Assembly (NCBI RefSeq): GCF_018350175.1
Contig: NC_058368.1
Location: 193,814,001 to 193,878,000, forward strand
Source of the DNA: Felis catus
Taxonomy: Eukaryota
Length of the DNA: 64,000 bases
Direction of reading: 5' to 3'
In this document: positions 25,955-37,519 of the stretch, piece after piece
How the letters are laid out: each line of letters opens with the position of its first letter
How positions within the stretch are numbered: position 1 is the stretch's first letter
Made by a program: the position numbers and the translations under genes
Notes under the pieces: model-generated
What the model was told of the DNA's origin: nothing
Seen by the model: the letters and a program-made list of their open reading frames with translations, nothing else
Databases searched by the model: none

Positions 25955-26190
25955 TTATAATAATAATAGTAATCATTTGAGTTAAGTATGGCCAAGATAT
26001 TTACCCACATTTACTCAGTCCTCAGTAGAACCTTCTACAGTTGTTAGCATAATCATCACCATATTTCTGCTGAGAAAAAAAGGTTCTGTACCGGGTTTAG
26101 CAGTTGCCTAAGGTCATACTGTGAGTTAATGGCCATGCCCAGAATTCAAGCCCTTGCACTCTGATTCCAGAATTGGCCTTATTCAGAGTT
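25955..26190 (-). mobile_element. MIR SINE
   Basis: ttgcctaaggtcatactg...gaattcaagccc...ctctgattccag. Confidence 0.6.
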
Positions 26191-26403
26191 GGCAAGCATT
26201 CACTTGATACTCGCCCATGGTATAGTGATTCTATCTCATGTTAGACTTTTGAAGTGTAGGTGTTATAAATTGTAGGCAGGATGTGCTTTGTTTTATTGGA
26301 AGTTTGGGAACCACTGGAGACCTCTGGAATTGGAGTCTCTGATCAACAAATGTCAGAAATAAGCAAAAATACCAAGCTGTGACCAAGGGTTGGGCCTGTT
26401 TTT

Positions 26404-27032
26404 TTTTTTTTTCAATATATGAAATTTATTGTCAAATTGGTTTCCATACAACACCCAGTGCTCATCCCAAAAGGTGCTCTCAAAACCCATCACCCACCCT
26501 CCCCTCCCTCCCACCCCCCATCAAGCCTCAGTTCCCAGTGTTTAAAAATCTCTTATGCTTTGGCTCTCTCCCACTCTAACCTCTTTTTTTTTTTCTTCCC
26601 CTCCCCCATGGGTTTCTGTTAAGTTTCTCAGGATCCACATAAGAGTGAAAACATATGGTATCTGTCTTTCTCTGTATGGCTTATTTCACTTAGCATCACA
26701 CCCTCCAGTTCCATCCACATTGCTACAAAGGGCCATATTTCATTCTTTCTCATTGCCATGTAATACTCCATTGTGTATATAAACCACAATTTCTTTATCC
26801 ATTCATCAGTTGATGGACACTTGGGCTCTTACCATAATTTGGCTATTGTTGAAAGTGCTGCTATATACATTGGGGTACAAGTGTCCCTATGCATCAGCAC
26901 TCCTGTATCCCTTGGGTAAATTCCTAGCAGTGCTATTGCTGGGTCATAGGGTAGGTCTATTTTTAATTTTTTTAAGGAACCTCCACACTGTTTTCCAGAG
27001 TGGCTGTACCAGTTTGCATTCCCACCAACAGT
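26404..27032 (-). mobile_element. Young 5'-truncated felid L1 (L1_Fc-like), 3' UTR plus ORF2 end
   Basis: Poly-T tail, aatatatgaaatttattgtcaaattggtttccatacaacacccagtgctcatccc; perfect 17-bp TSD GGGTTGGGCCTGTTTTT at 26387-26403 and 27033-27049. Confidence 0.95.
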
Positions 27033-27369
27033 GGGTTGGGCCTGTTTTTGAGAATCCTGTAGTGCAGTAGAGGAAAATGGACATTGACAAAGCAGTTAGC
27101 AAAATCATTATGTGATTACTATTGTTCTAAGTATTATAAAGAGTATAGGGGACTAGCAGTGCTTACACTGGGAGAGCCAAGCTTGCCTCTATGTTTTGAT
27201 GTTCTCTTCCTAGCAGAACCTGCCTCTCATTCTGGAAGCTAAAAATATGCCTTGTTTCTCCATTTCGTTTATAGTTAGAAAAAGAACCTGTAACTAGTGC
27301 TGGCTGGGTGGAGCTGAGAAGTCTGTGGCGGTACTTCTGTCCCTGATATAGACAGGCCGGCAGGCACAT

Positions 27370-27618
27370 GCGTCCTCTTCCCGTGGAAGTGGAGGGTCTC
27401 CCTGTGATGCCTAGGACTGTGTAGTAGCCTTATGAACATAAGGTGGGAACAGAAAGATGGTGAGAGCCTCGCAACCTGATGGGACTACCAACACCTGAAT
27501 CAACCCTGGAACTCTCTATCTCCAGATGGCTTGCTACATGAAGTACATTTCTTTTTGTTTAAACCATTTAAATCACAGCGTTCTCTTGCTTGCAGCTGAG
27601 AGCTTCTTAAATGATAAG
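27370..27618 (+). mobile_element. MLT1I/J/K-like MaLR LTR fragment
   Basis: cctgaatcaaccctggaact...ttgtttaaaccattt...cttgcagctgagagcttcttaaatgata. Confidence 0.55.
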
Positions 27619-28384
27619 GAGGCTTCCCTGAGGAAGAGGTGTCGGGCCTGGATTATGAAAGAAGAAGGGTTGTTGATGAAGGAAAGAAAGGGTAAGGAAA
27701 GTTTCAGGCAGAGGGTCTAGCAGGACAGAGGGCTCCAAGTGGAAGTGGTGTGTCAGATTTGTAAAAAGGGAAGGAGAAGGTCATGGAATCGTTCAAGAGA
27801 AGAGAGGGAAAGTGGCACAGGCTGACGCTGAAGTGAGCAAATGAGAGGCCATGCAAGGAGTGGAGGCCACAGCCAGGAGGCTGAACTGCATCCTAACACC
27901 AGGGAGTATTTCAAACACTTACCACAGGAGCATCATCTTGTCAGATGTGCACAATAGCTTGGAGGAAAGCTGGAGCATTGGTAGAAGTGGAAGAAAGCAA
28001 GGGAAGGTTAAGGGCAGAGCATAAAGGAGAGAGTGATGGGAAATGTGGTTTCTTGGTTGGGCAGGAGGGAGCTCGCACGTGAACTTGCAGGACACCCTCA
28101 GTGAAGTGGGCATGAAGGTGGGCAACTCAGCCCATAGACCTCCTCTTCCCCCCTCCCCTCCACCCCTCCACGCACAGGCATGCGGCCTTCAGAACATGCA
28201 TCTAGTTTCTGTATCTTCCTAGCCATGCTGTAAACCTTGTGAGTTTTTTTGTTTGTTTTTTGTTTTTTGTTGTTTTTTTTATTTAATTTAATTTTCTGTT
28301 TTTTAGAAAATAGCAATGGAAACTTGGAGAGAGCAGTGGCCTGCACCTGCCCAAAGTCTCATGCTGTTAGACATAGTGGAGCTT

Positions 28385-28582
28385 GGGGTGCCTGTGTGGC
28401 TCAATCAGTTAAGCTCTGACTTCAGCTCAGGTCATGATCTCATGGTTGAGTAGTTCCACAGTTTGTGACTTTGAGATCCATTCTATCCTGTCAGCACAGA
28501 GCTTGGTTCAGATCCTCTGTCTCCCTCTCTCTCTGCCCCTCCCCTGCTCATTCACTCTCTCTCAAAAATAAACCTAAAAAAA
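28385..28582 (+). mobile_element. Can-SINE inserted in a MIR
   Basis: ggggtgcctgtgtggctcaatcagttaag...cagctcaggtcatgatctc...ctctcaaaaataaa. Confidence 0.9.
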
Positions 28583-28688
28583 GTGCTTCTACACACAGCA
28601 GAACCTGAAACCCTGGTCTCTTGACTCTCAGTCAAGCCATCTTTCCAAATGGCCGTCTTTCTCAGAATAATTTCTAGAAGATTGGTAG

Positions 28689-29158
28689 TGCTACCAGAGA
28701 ACTTGTTCCACACTAAGATTGGACTCCTTGTCACTCAAATCAATATCAGAGAGAGGTGATGGTTGAAAAGGAAAGCTTGCTTTATTCCGGAAGCCAGCAA
28801 TCTGAGAAGAAGGTGAACCAACATCCCACAGACCATCTTCCCCATCAAGGCAAAGCTGGAGTGTTTTAAAAGGGAAGGCATTGGAAATGGGGCCAGTATA
28901 GCAGGGCTGGTGCTCAGAAGGTTATTCCTATGTTGAGATAACCCTGGACAGATTTGGCATCAGCAGTAGCTGTTTTCCAATGTAGTTAGGACTTCCCTTC
29001 TGGGAAATCTGGTCCTTCATTCCTCAAGGCCAGTGGTCTGGAAATCTCCAGGAAAGTAGATTAGTTCTGCTCCAGACCAAGGGACTTAGGTCAGCAAGCA
29101 AGGAGTGCATAAGCTTGAAGCTAGTCAATACTTAAGATTACGTGGGGGTGCTGTAACA
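28689..29158 (-). mobile_element. ERV1-class solo LTR
   Basis: TG...CA termini (tgctacc / tgtaaca), 4-bp TSD GTAG at 28685-28688 and 29159-29162, minus-strand AATAAA near 28781. Confidence 0.75.
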
Positions 29159-29560
29159 GTAGGACTTGAATAGGATCATCCAGGTTGTTTTTAGTTGATA
29201 AATGTGTTATTATTTACTGAACAGTTGGAACACCCAACTGTCCCCCCTGCCCCTCCACAATAGACTTGGTGCTACTGATCAGAAGACAAAACCTAAAACA
29301 TGAGATTAGGAACATGAAAGTGACAGGAAAGATCAGGAGCTGATGACTTTTCCCATCCAAGGGCTGGGTAGGGACAAGGAGCAGAGTTGGCCAGCCAGGT
29401 AGGGATGGGGAGGTAGGAACTGGAGAGGTATCCCTAAAGGAGCTGCTGATATTCATCATCAGCCAACTGTTGTTCTGCAAGATGATGGGTGCTAGGTTAC
29501 CAGATCTCCCATTTTCCAAGAGTTGGCTTGCTTGTAAATGGTATTTCATGTTGTTAAAAG

Positions 29561-29772
29561 TTTTTTTAATGTTTTTATTTATTTTCGAGTGAGGGAGGGA
29601 GCAAGGGAGAGAGAGAGAGAGAAAAGGGACAGAAAGAAAGGGAGGCAGAGGATCCAGAGTGGACTCTACACTGACATCAGAGAGCCCTATGCGGGGCTCA
29701 AACTCAAGAACTGCAGGATCATGATCTGCTCCAAAGTCAGACGCCTAACCAACTGAGCCACCCAGGTGCCCC
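29561..29772 (-). mobile_element. Can-SINE
   Basis: gcggggctcaaactc...gatcatgatctg...aactgagccacccaggtgcccc. Confidence 0.92.
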
Positions 29773-30040
29773 ATGTGTTTTTAAATGTTTGTTAAAATTG
29801 GTATTTAATGCTGGCTTAAGTTGTTTTAAAGCACTTTGTCAGCAACAACAACAACAAACAAGTATCTCAAGTAATTTCCACTTCTGGGGAGAAGTAATTT
29901 TCAATTTTTTTTTTTTTATAAATCATATGCCAGTTTGAAGCAAAGAATGTTTATTTATAGGTTATATGTAAAAAATGACTAATATCATGTAAGTTATTAA
30001 ATCTATGTTCAGCCCCAAAGAAAATTAGAGGAGATCAGGC

Positions 30041-30525
30041 TTACTCATTTCTTATGGCTGTTGTAACAAATTACCACAGATTAAGTGACTTAAAACAGGA
30101 ATGTATTTTCCCACAGTTCTAGAATTCAGAAGTACGCAGTTTTAATGGGCTGGAGCTGAGGTGTTAGCAGAGACGTGCTCCCTCCAAAGCCCTTGGGGAG
30201 AATCTATTCTTTGCCTCTGCCATCTTCTGGTGGCTGCTATCATTCCTTGGCTTGTGACCACATCACTCTTATTTTCACATCTCTTTCTGTTCCATCTTTA
30301 TTTCACTTTCTCCCCTGTGTCTGACATATCTCCCTCTGCCTTCTCTTGCTGAAGATACACATGATTGAGTGTAGGGTCCATCCTGATAATTTAGGATAAT
30401 CTAATTTTAAAATCCTCAATTTAATCATATTTGCAAGGATGCTTCTTACATATGAGGAACATTTACAGGTCCCATGAAATAAGTGATGAATATCTTTGGT
30501 GGGGTGGCTTTTTCATACTATAACA
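30041..30525 (-). mobile_element. MLT1B/C-like MaLR solo LTR
   Basis: ggctgttgtaacaaattaccacag...acttaaaaca...cttctggtggctgctatcattccttggcttgtg. Confidence 0.85.
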
Positions 30526-30621
30526 TAAACCTTTTTACATTTTATTCTTAAGGCTTTAGACCCTTTATCTGTGATCTCAAGTCATAACATGTGTGTACAC
30601 TTTAGAATGATATTTGATGTT

Positions 30622-30829
30622 GGGGCACCTGGGTAGCTCAGTTGGATGAACATCAAACTCTTGATTTCAGCTCAGATCATGATCCCAGGGTTGTGGAATG
30701 GAGCCTTGCCTCAGCCTCTGCACTGGGCATAGAGCTTGCTTAAGATACTCTGTCTCTCCTTTCTCGTTGTCTCTGTCTCTGTCTCTCCCTCTGCCCCTCT
30801 CCCCCTTTCTTTCTGTCTCTCTAAAAAAA
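30622..30829 (+). mobile_element. Older Can-SINE (SINEC_b/c-like)
   Basis: ggggcacctgggtagctcagttgg...ctcttgatttcagctcag; diverged TSD agaatgatattt / agaataatattt. Confidence 0.88.
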
Positions 30830-31165
30830 TAGAATAATATTTAGTATTAGAGGTTATAGGTATGAATCCATATTTCAAAAAAATCTGTAATTACTTCAAT
30901 ATATTTTATTGATTTCTTAGCAGAGTTGATTGGATATTTACTGTTTCTACCTGGTGTTTTATTCTAGTAGCCCCGTGAGAGAGCACTGGCCCACAGTAGG
31001 GCTTCTCAACCTTGGTACTGTTAATATTTCTGGACAGATAATTCTTAACCATTGAAGGCTATCTTGTGCACTGTAGCATTAGCAGCATCCCTGGCCTCTA
31101 ACTACCAGATGCCCACTAGTAACCGCCCTGCCTCCCATCACTGTGTTGATAAAAAATGGTTTCAG

Positions 31166-31905
31166 TGTGGGGAGAGATAAATTTTGTACCAACACAGACC
31201 TTTCCATGCCAATATGGAAAGGAAGGAAACTGACTTCTTATTTAATTAACATAATGGTTTACATGCATGTAAGAGCTAAGAAAGACAAGATTACAAAATA
31301 TATACAGCAGAACAAGTACAAAATTCTCATGGGAATTAAAGTAGATATTTGTTTAATAAACTGTTCTCCTCTGAAAGAATAACATGTCTTTTCTCCAAGA
31401 CCTCTTGGTTCTCCCTGAAAGAGTTACATCTTGAGATGGGCTTCTAGGTTAAGTCCATTAGGAAGTTTTTAACATTTATGGGACACCTGGGTGGCTCAGT
31501 CAAACTTTTCAGCTCTTGATTTCAGCACAGTCACGATCTCACGATTTGTGGGATGTTGGGCTCTGCACTGAAAGCTTGGAGACTGCTTGGGGTTCTCTAT
31601 CCCTCTCTCTCTGCCCCCCCCCCCCTTGCTTGCTCTCTCTCTTTTAAAATAAATAAAAGTTTAAAAAATAAGTTTTTACACTTCAAGAGGCTCTGGACAT
31701 GTGGCTTTAGAGACTTCTCTGCACTATAGATGGGGCTTTTCTAGTACCTGGGAAGACTGGTCTACCATTTGTTACAGACTTGTTACAGAAAGACTTCAGG
31801 CCCCCCACGTCTTCTAGAAGACTATTCCAAGAGAGGAAGAGAGGATAGCTGCTTCCTTTCCCTTTACAAGCGAAGAAAGTTTATTTTTAAAAAGTTTCTC
31901 TTATA
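31166..31905. mobile_element. Probable ERV1-type solo LTR containing a SINE
   Basis: Starts tgtggggagaga, interrupts MER20 cleanly, possible 4-bp TSD tcag/ccag. Confidence 0.5.
31480..31669 (+). mobile_element. Can-SINE (SINEC_Fc3-like)
   Basis: gggacacctgggtggctcagtc...ctcttgatttcagc; TSD-like aagtttttaaca / aagtttttaca. Confidence 0.88.
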
Positions 31906-32059
31906 CCAGATGTAAGATGGCCAAATATCCCCTGGAGGATGAAATGGACCCCAGTTGAGAACCATTACCCTAGAGCAAAGGATGACAAAGTTAGCAGTCA
32001 GGTGGAAACATGAAATCAAAAAGAATTTGGAGAAAGCCATGAGAAGAAAACAAACGCTG

Positions 32060-32370
32060 CTTCTAAAGTTTTATTTTGGATTTATTAACTCAACCAGGAG
32101 CCCATTAGACTGAGGTGGCTCTAATGCCATGGCAGTGTATGTAAGCAAACCAAAATCTGAACCTTTAAATGCCTCAAGATTACTACGTTGAAACCTAAAG
32201 ATAACCAATCACAAAGATCCAGCTAGACTTTAAGCTACAGCCAAATCCTTCCTTTGCTTCTGTTTTTTCTTTCTCTGAAAATCTTTCCCTGAGCCCCTGC
32301 CAGCTCCTAACCACTTCCAGTTTAATGCCAGCTGACTGGAATCAATTTCTGCACAAATAAACTTAAAAGA
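32060..32370 (+). mobile_element. ERV1 LTR fragment (MER89/MER90-like)
   Basis: aggagcccattagactgaggtggctctaa...gtaagcaaacc...aaccaatcac...caaataaact. Confidence 0.55.
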
Positions 32371-35300
32371 AAAATGGCCTTTGATTATGGACTCATTTGG
32401 TTACTATTAAATCCTAGTATGGTTATAGAGGCCAAGGATTAGAAGAGGAAAGAATTTCAGTGAAGGAAACTAAGTTTTATGCATCTCCTTGCTCCTCCCT
32501 TTTCCTAGTTTGGAACCAGGCAATGGAGATTATTTCCTCTGGTCAGGAATAGACTGGATGGCATCTTTGACTAACGGTCTTTTGCTTTTCTCTTTGTTTT
32601 CTTAGCAAATTGCTTGACTACCTGGCTGACACCCCCACACCCCTCATCTTTTTACTGCCATTTTGCCATTTCATGGCTGCCTGATAGAAATCTAGTTTCC
32701 TTTATCTGATAAATTTAAGACCTACTTGCCTGCTATATAATATAGTTGTAACTTGGGGGTTTTAATGCATAGTGCCAAATTTAAATACGGCAAGAAACTG
32801 GTGAATTTAGAGTGGCTGGCAATGCCCCTCTCCCTCCTGTCTTAATTAGGAATTCTGTTCAGTCCTGGGATGTCACAAATAGCCCAGCAAGAGAAACCCA
32901 TAGTCTTTATTCTAATCACTACAGGGTATGGTTTATTAGGATGATGGGAGAAAAGCCAGGTTGGGAGGAACTTAGAAAAGACCTAATGACATGGGGTAGT
33001 GAATCATGCATATGTTCTTTATGGATGTCCCTTGCTTTGAGATAGGATTGGGGATTGGGGGTTTTCCACACCCCCCCCCACTTGTGCCAATAAAATCCCC
33101 TGAGATAGTCTGATCTGTCTTCATTTTTATCTAATACTCTTAAGATGTCCTAACTTTTCAAGAGAGGGTCCCGTACATGTGACTGATACAGATTCATGAA
33201 GTAGTTGAGTATTTAATGCATGCATCTATATATGCAGAGCACCGTTAGAGTCCTGGGTTTGTGTCTGGAGGGTCTACTCCCTGTATTTGTCTATTTCGGT
33301 GGAAGTAGGAAAATGCCAAGTGCTATTTTGAGCAGTGGTAACTGAGGTATGTGTGGAGTGAAGGCAACAGCTAGTCAAGATACAAGTGCAACATCCAGAG
33401 AGGATGTTTGCAGCCTAATATCCGCTTACTCTCTTTTCCTAGTGTTTAATTTATAATTGTGGAAAAAATGTGTGCCTCAGTGGAAAAGTGGGCATGATCT
33501 GTAGCACATCCTTCTACCTCATGCCTTATATTCTGATTCTGGGGAAGCTACTTTAAAATTCTGTTAACCATAGGTATCTAATAGGCATGGAAACCCTGCC
33601 CAATCTGGCAGAGTTTCAGTTGACTTCCTTCCCTGCTCCTCCTCTGTAAGGGACAAATAAAACCAGTTTTGCCTCCCTTTTGTAATTCATTTCAGGATTA
33701 CTTTTCATAAATACATGCATCTGTGAATTTTCCTCTGCACAGGTTGTAACATCTGCTGTTTCCCTCATGAGTCGAATGAACTCATTAACAATGTTATTTT
33801 TTTTTATATGTAAGAACCATGGTTTTACCTTTTCCTGAAAAGTATCCTTTAATAATAGACATACGTCCTTTTGGCTCTGGAGTGCTTGGAGGTATACGCA
33901 TTAGTTCATTAAAACCAAGCTTAGGCTAGAATCCAGAGATCTGTGTCCTATAGATAGAACCAGAAATTGGTTTTTGTTGTCTCAACCCCCACCCCTACTA
34001 TGTTTATATGTGGCCAATTGCCTCTATCTCACCAAAAACATTCTTTTTTGTTCAATCTACTTGTATGGTCACAGTTTCTTTCTTGTATTTATCTCAAAAA
34101 TAATGAACTGAACAAGTTCCTATAAATAGAGAAATCGTGAGTATTGTTCCATTGCTTTGACAGTTCAAAAGACTTCAGGGCTTAAAATATTGGTTGAGAG
34201 ATCCAGATTTCATGAGCTAATAACGGTTTGTTCCCTGAGATTACTTACTTGAATCGTTTTCATTTTACAGCATGGATAAAACCACCAACTATTGAGTAAT
34301 AAATTCACCAGCTTGGATGTTTGGCATAAAGGGAAGCTATAGGTAGCAATGCCAAATAAGCAACTTAAATCTGATGTTTCTCTGATTGACAGAGCCATTC
34401 TTCCTGAGACTATGGCAGGGTCCATTAAATCTACAAAAATCAGAAATGTCATTTGAGCCTCTTTCTGTGCTTCTACAAAGCTCTCATTCATTGAAGAATC
34501 CTACCCAAAGAAATATATCTTCTTGGCAGGGCCATTATCTTTCTTGATGAGATATGAGCATATTAGAGCTGATTCTCATGAAGTTACTGATGGTGTGAAG
34601 ACAGAAAGAAAGATAAAATGAAAATGGATTTACTTCAGACTAACAAACTATTAAATCAGAGATGTGAGAGATCAGGTGGATATGAGACTTATACCTTACT
34701 TTTAATATGTAAAGATCACAGACACCTGGGAGATGTCTTGTGTTTAGGTGTAAAGTACAGCATGTTTAGAAGTATCTGGAGGCCTGATTTTGCTCATCTT
34801 TGGAAGGCGAGGTGTTGTTTATAAATTGGTATATTCCCAGAGTTTCAAAGCAAGCAGAAATGTGGTTTCACATATGAAACATGTCCCACATCCTGAGATG
34901 CTTTTGCCTCAATTTTAAATAATAATGGAGAGAATCTTGTACTGAAAAGTGTGTACTTTTTGTAAATATTAATATTTAATTTGGATTTCATACCTGGGCT
35001 GAAGATAAAATTTTGATCCTACTGGGTCAGAAAATAAGCAGAGACTTGAGTAGAGCTGCAGTTTTGAACGTTTGTCTCCCTTTCCAGCTCTCAAATTCTC
35101 AAACTCCTTTTTTTTTTTTTTTATGGTCTATCATTATAAATATTCCATTGTCTGATGCTTGCATCAAGGTCCAGGGGTAAACTTGAGGAGTTAGGTATGC
35201 ATCCTGTGGGACTGAGAAGGTCTGAATTAGTAGATGGTTGCCTGTCAATTTTATTCCTCCAGCAAGGAGGGATGACCATGAACAGGAAAATACAGTCCTG

Positions 35301-37223
35301 GGAAACTAAGCCTCCTGCTCATTCATTACTTAGATGGATTTATTGAGCACCTTATGTGACAAATATGCTAAGAACTGGTATCTGTTGGTGAACGTTCAGA
35401 GTCCAATCTTGTTTTCATAGTTCAAGGTTAATGGGCAAGTCAGGCTTAACAAGCAGCTTACTAATAAGTTACTAAATATTTACATGTACTAAATACAGGC
35501 ACTGAGAAAATCTTCTGAACCAGTGGTTTCAGGGACCTTTCTAAAAAGTTATTTTTTGCTGTATTTTGAATGGAGTCAGCCTAATGTAAGCAGGCATGAT
35601 TTTTGTAGTTTTCCACTCCCTAGTTGTTTTTGATAGAACCACTGGTGATTAATAATGAAGACAAAGGGGCTATCACCAGAAAAGAGGAGGTGGAATAGCA
35701 AACAGGAGTGGGGGAAGAGTTAATGCTGAGAAGAAAGTTGTGTAAGGAGATTGTTAATCTGCAATGGTGTTCTTCTTGACTTGACTCTTGTAAAGATATA
35801 GGGAGTTGAGCTCTCTTAATGCTGTCATGGTGCTTGGTAGTAAAATCAATAATGACTATACTATTATCTTAAAGTATTACCAATAAAAGAAGGAGAAGCA
35901 TCTATTAAAAGGAATTACAACAGCCTTTAGGCTGTTCTTGGAAATTCAGGGGAATAAGTATTATTTTGTTTATGCTAACATTTGAGTACTCCAGCAGTAA
36001 TACGAACTTCATTGCAGAAAAGAAACCTACAAGATGAACTTGATTCCCTGTGTATTCCTGCCCCACCCCCTTTTTTTTTCTTTTTGCTGGTCACTCAACT
36101 TGATGGTAGAGTGAAATGGAAATTTCTTGAATCGGGAACATTGGCATTCATCCTTTTACAAGGCCTATTGGCAAGATAATGTTAAGTATCCTTATATAGG
36201 TGTAATTCTGGAATAATTTTTCTCCTTTAATGTTGCCATATAAATCAGTCTTAATGCTCCATTAAAACAAATGAACATGTGCTAATGATACCAACTCATA
36301 CCTCTTTCTTGAATGGCAACTGGGGCTGAGAATATAGAATGATTCTGTGTCCAACAGAATGTGTCCATGGAGACTGGATTGCTCACTGTCGTGGACAAGC
36401 TAATCAAACACAGCTCTAACAGAAATCCAAATCAATCTCTTAATCAGTGACTCACTCCAGCAGCCCCCCGCCCGTGCAATCAACTTGGTAATTGCTTCAC
36501 CTGCAACTGCCTTGCTGCCCCTGGGAAGTTGAGGTCTGCTGTGTTTTACAAAGCTTGATGAATTTTAGAGAAAATTGTTTTGCATCATTGACAGGAAATT
36601 TAACCCTCAGCATACGTTCATGTGATTTCTTTTGGGTGGAGTTCAACCTTATGAGGTAGGGGTTATTTCAGTTTTTCAGAGAAAGAAATTAATTTTAACA
36701 GAGTTATTATATCCCAGGCACATGGCCATTATGTGTCACAACCAGAATTCAGGCCAATTCTGTTTTACACCAAAGTGTATACTTTTAACCCATTGTTGTA
36801 TAGTCTGTGTTCATCACTCAGAGAAGGGAGCTGAGATTGATGGTCTTGTTAAGTGGCATCAACATTCTAGGTTGGAAAAAAGTGCCCAAACCTCAAATCT
36901 ATGCCTTTGTAACTATTTGTTATTATTTTTAAAATTTGTTTATATAGATAATGACAATACTTATGAGGCTTCCCTAACACATTAACCACCCAGGATTTCC
37001 ATTTCTTTCTGGTGATTTTTCAGTTTCCTTCTCTCTTCTATGCCTCTCTGTTCTGTTTTGTTTTTATTTGTTGTTGTTGTTGTTGTTGTTTGTTGTGGCC
37101 CCCCCCCACAACATCCTAACATATACACTGTGGTGAGGGTTATTTTTTGGTTTCATTAAACAAAAAATGTGTTTTCTCCCTCTGGCCCAGGAGGATAATG
37201 GCCTCCTTCCAAATAAGAGCAAG

Positions 37224-37301
37224 GGAAATGATGTTTCCATTTTGTTACAAATGGAAATGATGTTACATTTTGTTACAAACAAAATGATGTTACCTTTTGT
37301 T
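37224..37301. repeat. About 28-bp minisatellite, about 2.7 copies; (TTG)n at about 37068-37095
   Basis: ggaaatgatgtttccattttgttacaaat / ggaaatgatgttacattttgttacaaac / aaaatgatgttaccttttgtt. Confidence 0.85.
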
Positions 37302-37519
37302 TGTTTGTTTCTTTGAGGAATCTAATCCTCTATGGAACATCAAACTTCATCAAGTTTGTGGAATCTGATTGGTATCTGGTGAGCTAATGTTTGAAGGGGA
37401 GCAATCTTAGAATAGCGTATGTTAGACCCTTGTCACATAGATATTAACCACTACTGGGCACTTTTGGGGTGTGCACTAGGGGGTTTCAAAGATGCAAAAG
37501 GTGATGAATCCTTGTCCCT

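Larger units (their letters stand above)
30994..31968 (-). mobile_element. MER20 split by an LTR insertion
   Basis: Left part cttctcaaccttggtactgtt...agcagcatccctggcctcta (to about 31165); right part gccaaatatcccctgg...cccagttgagaacca (about 31906-31968). Confidence 0.8.
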
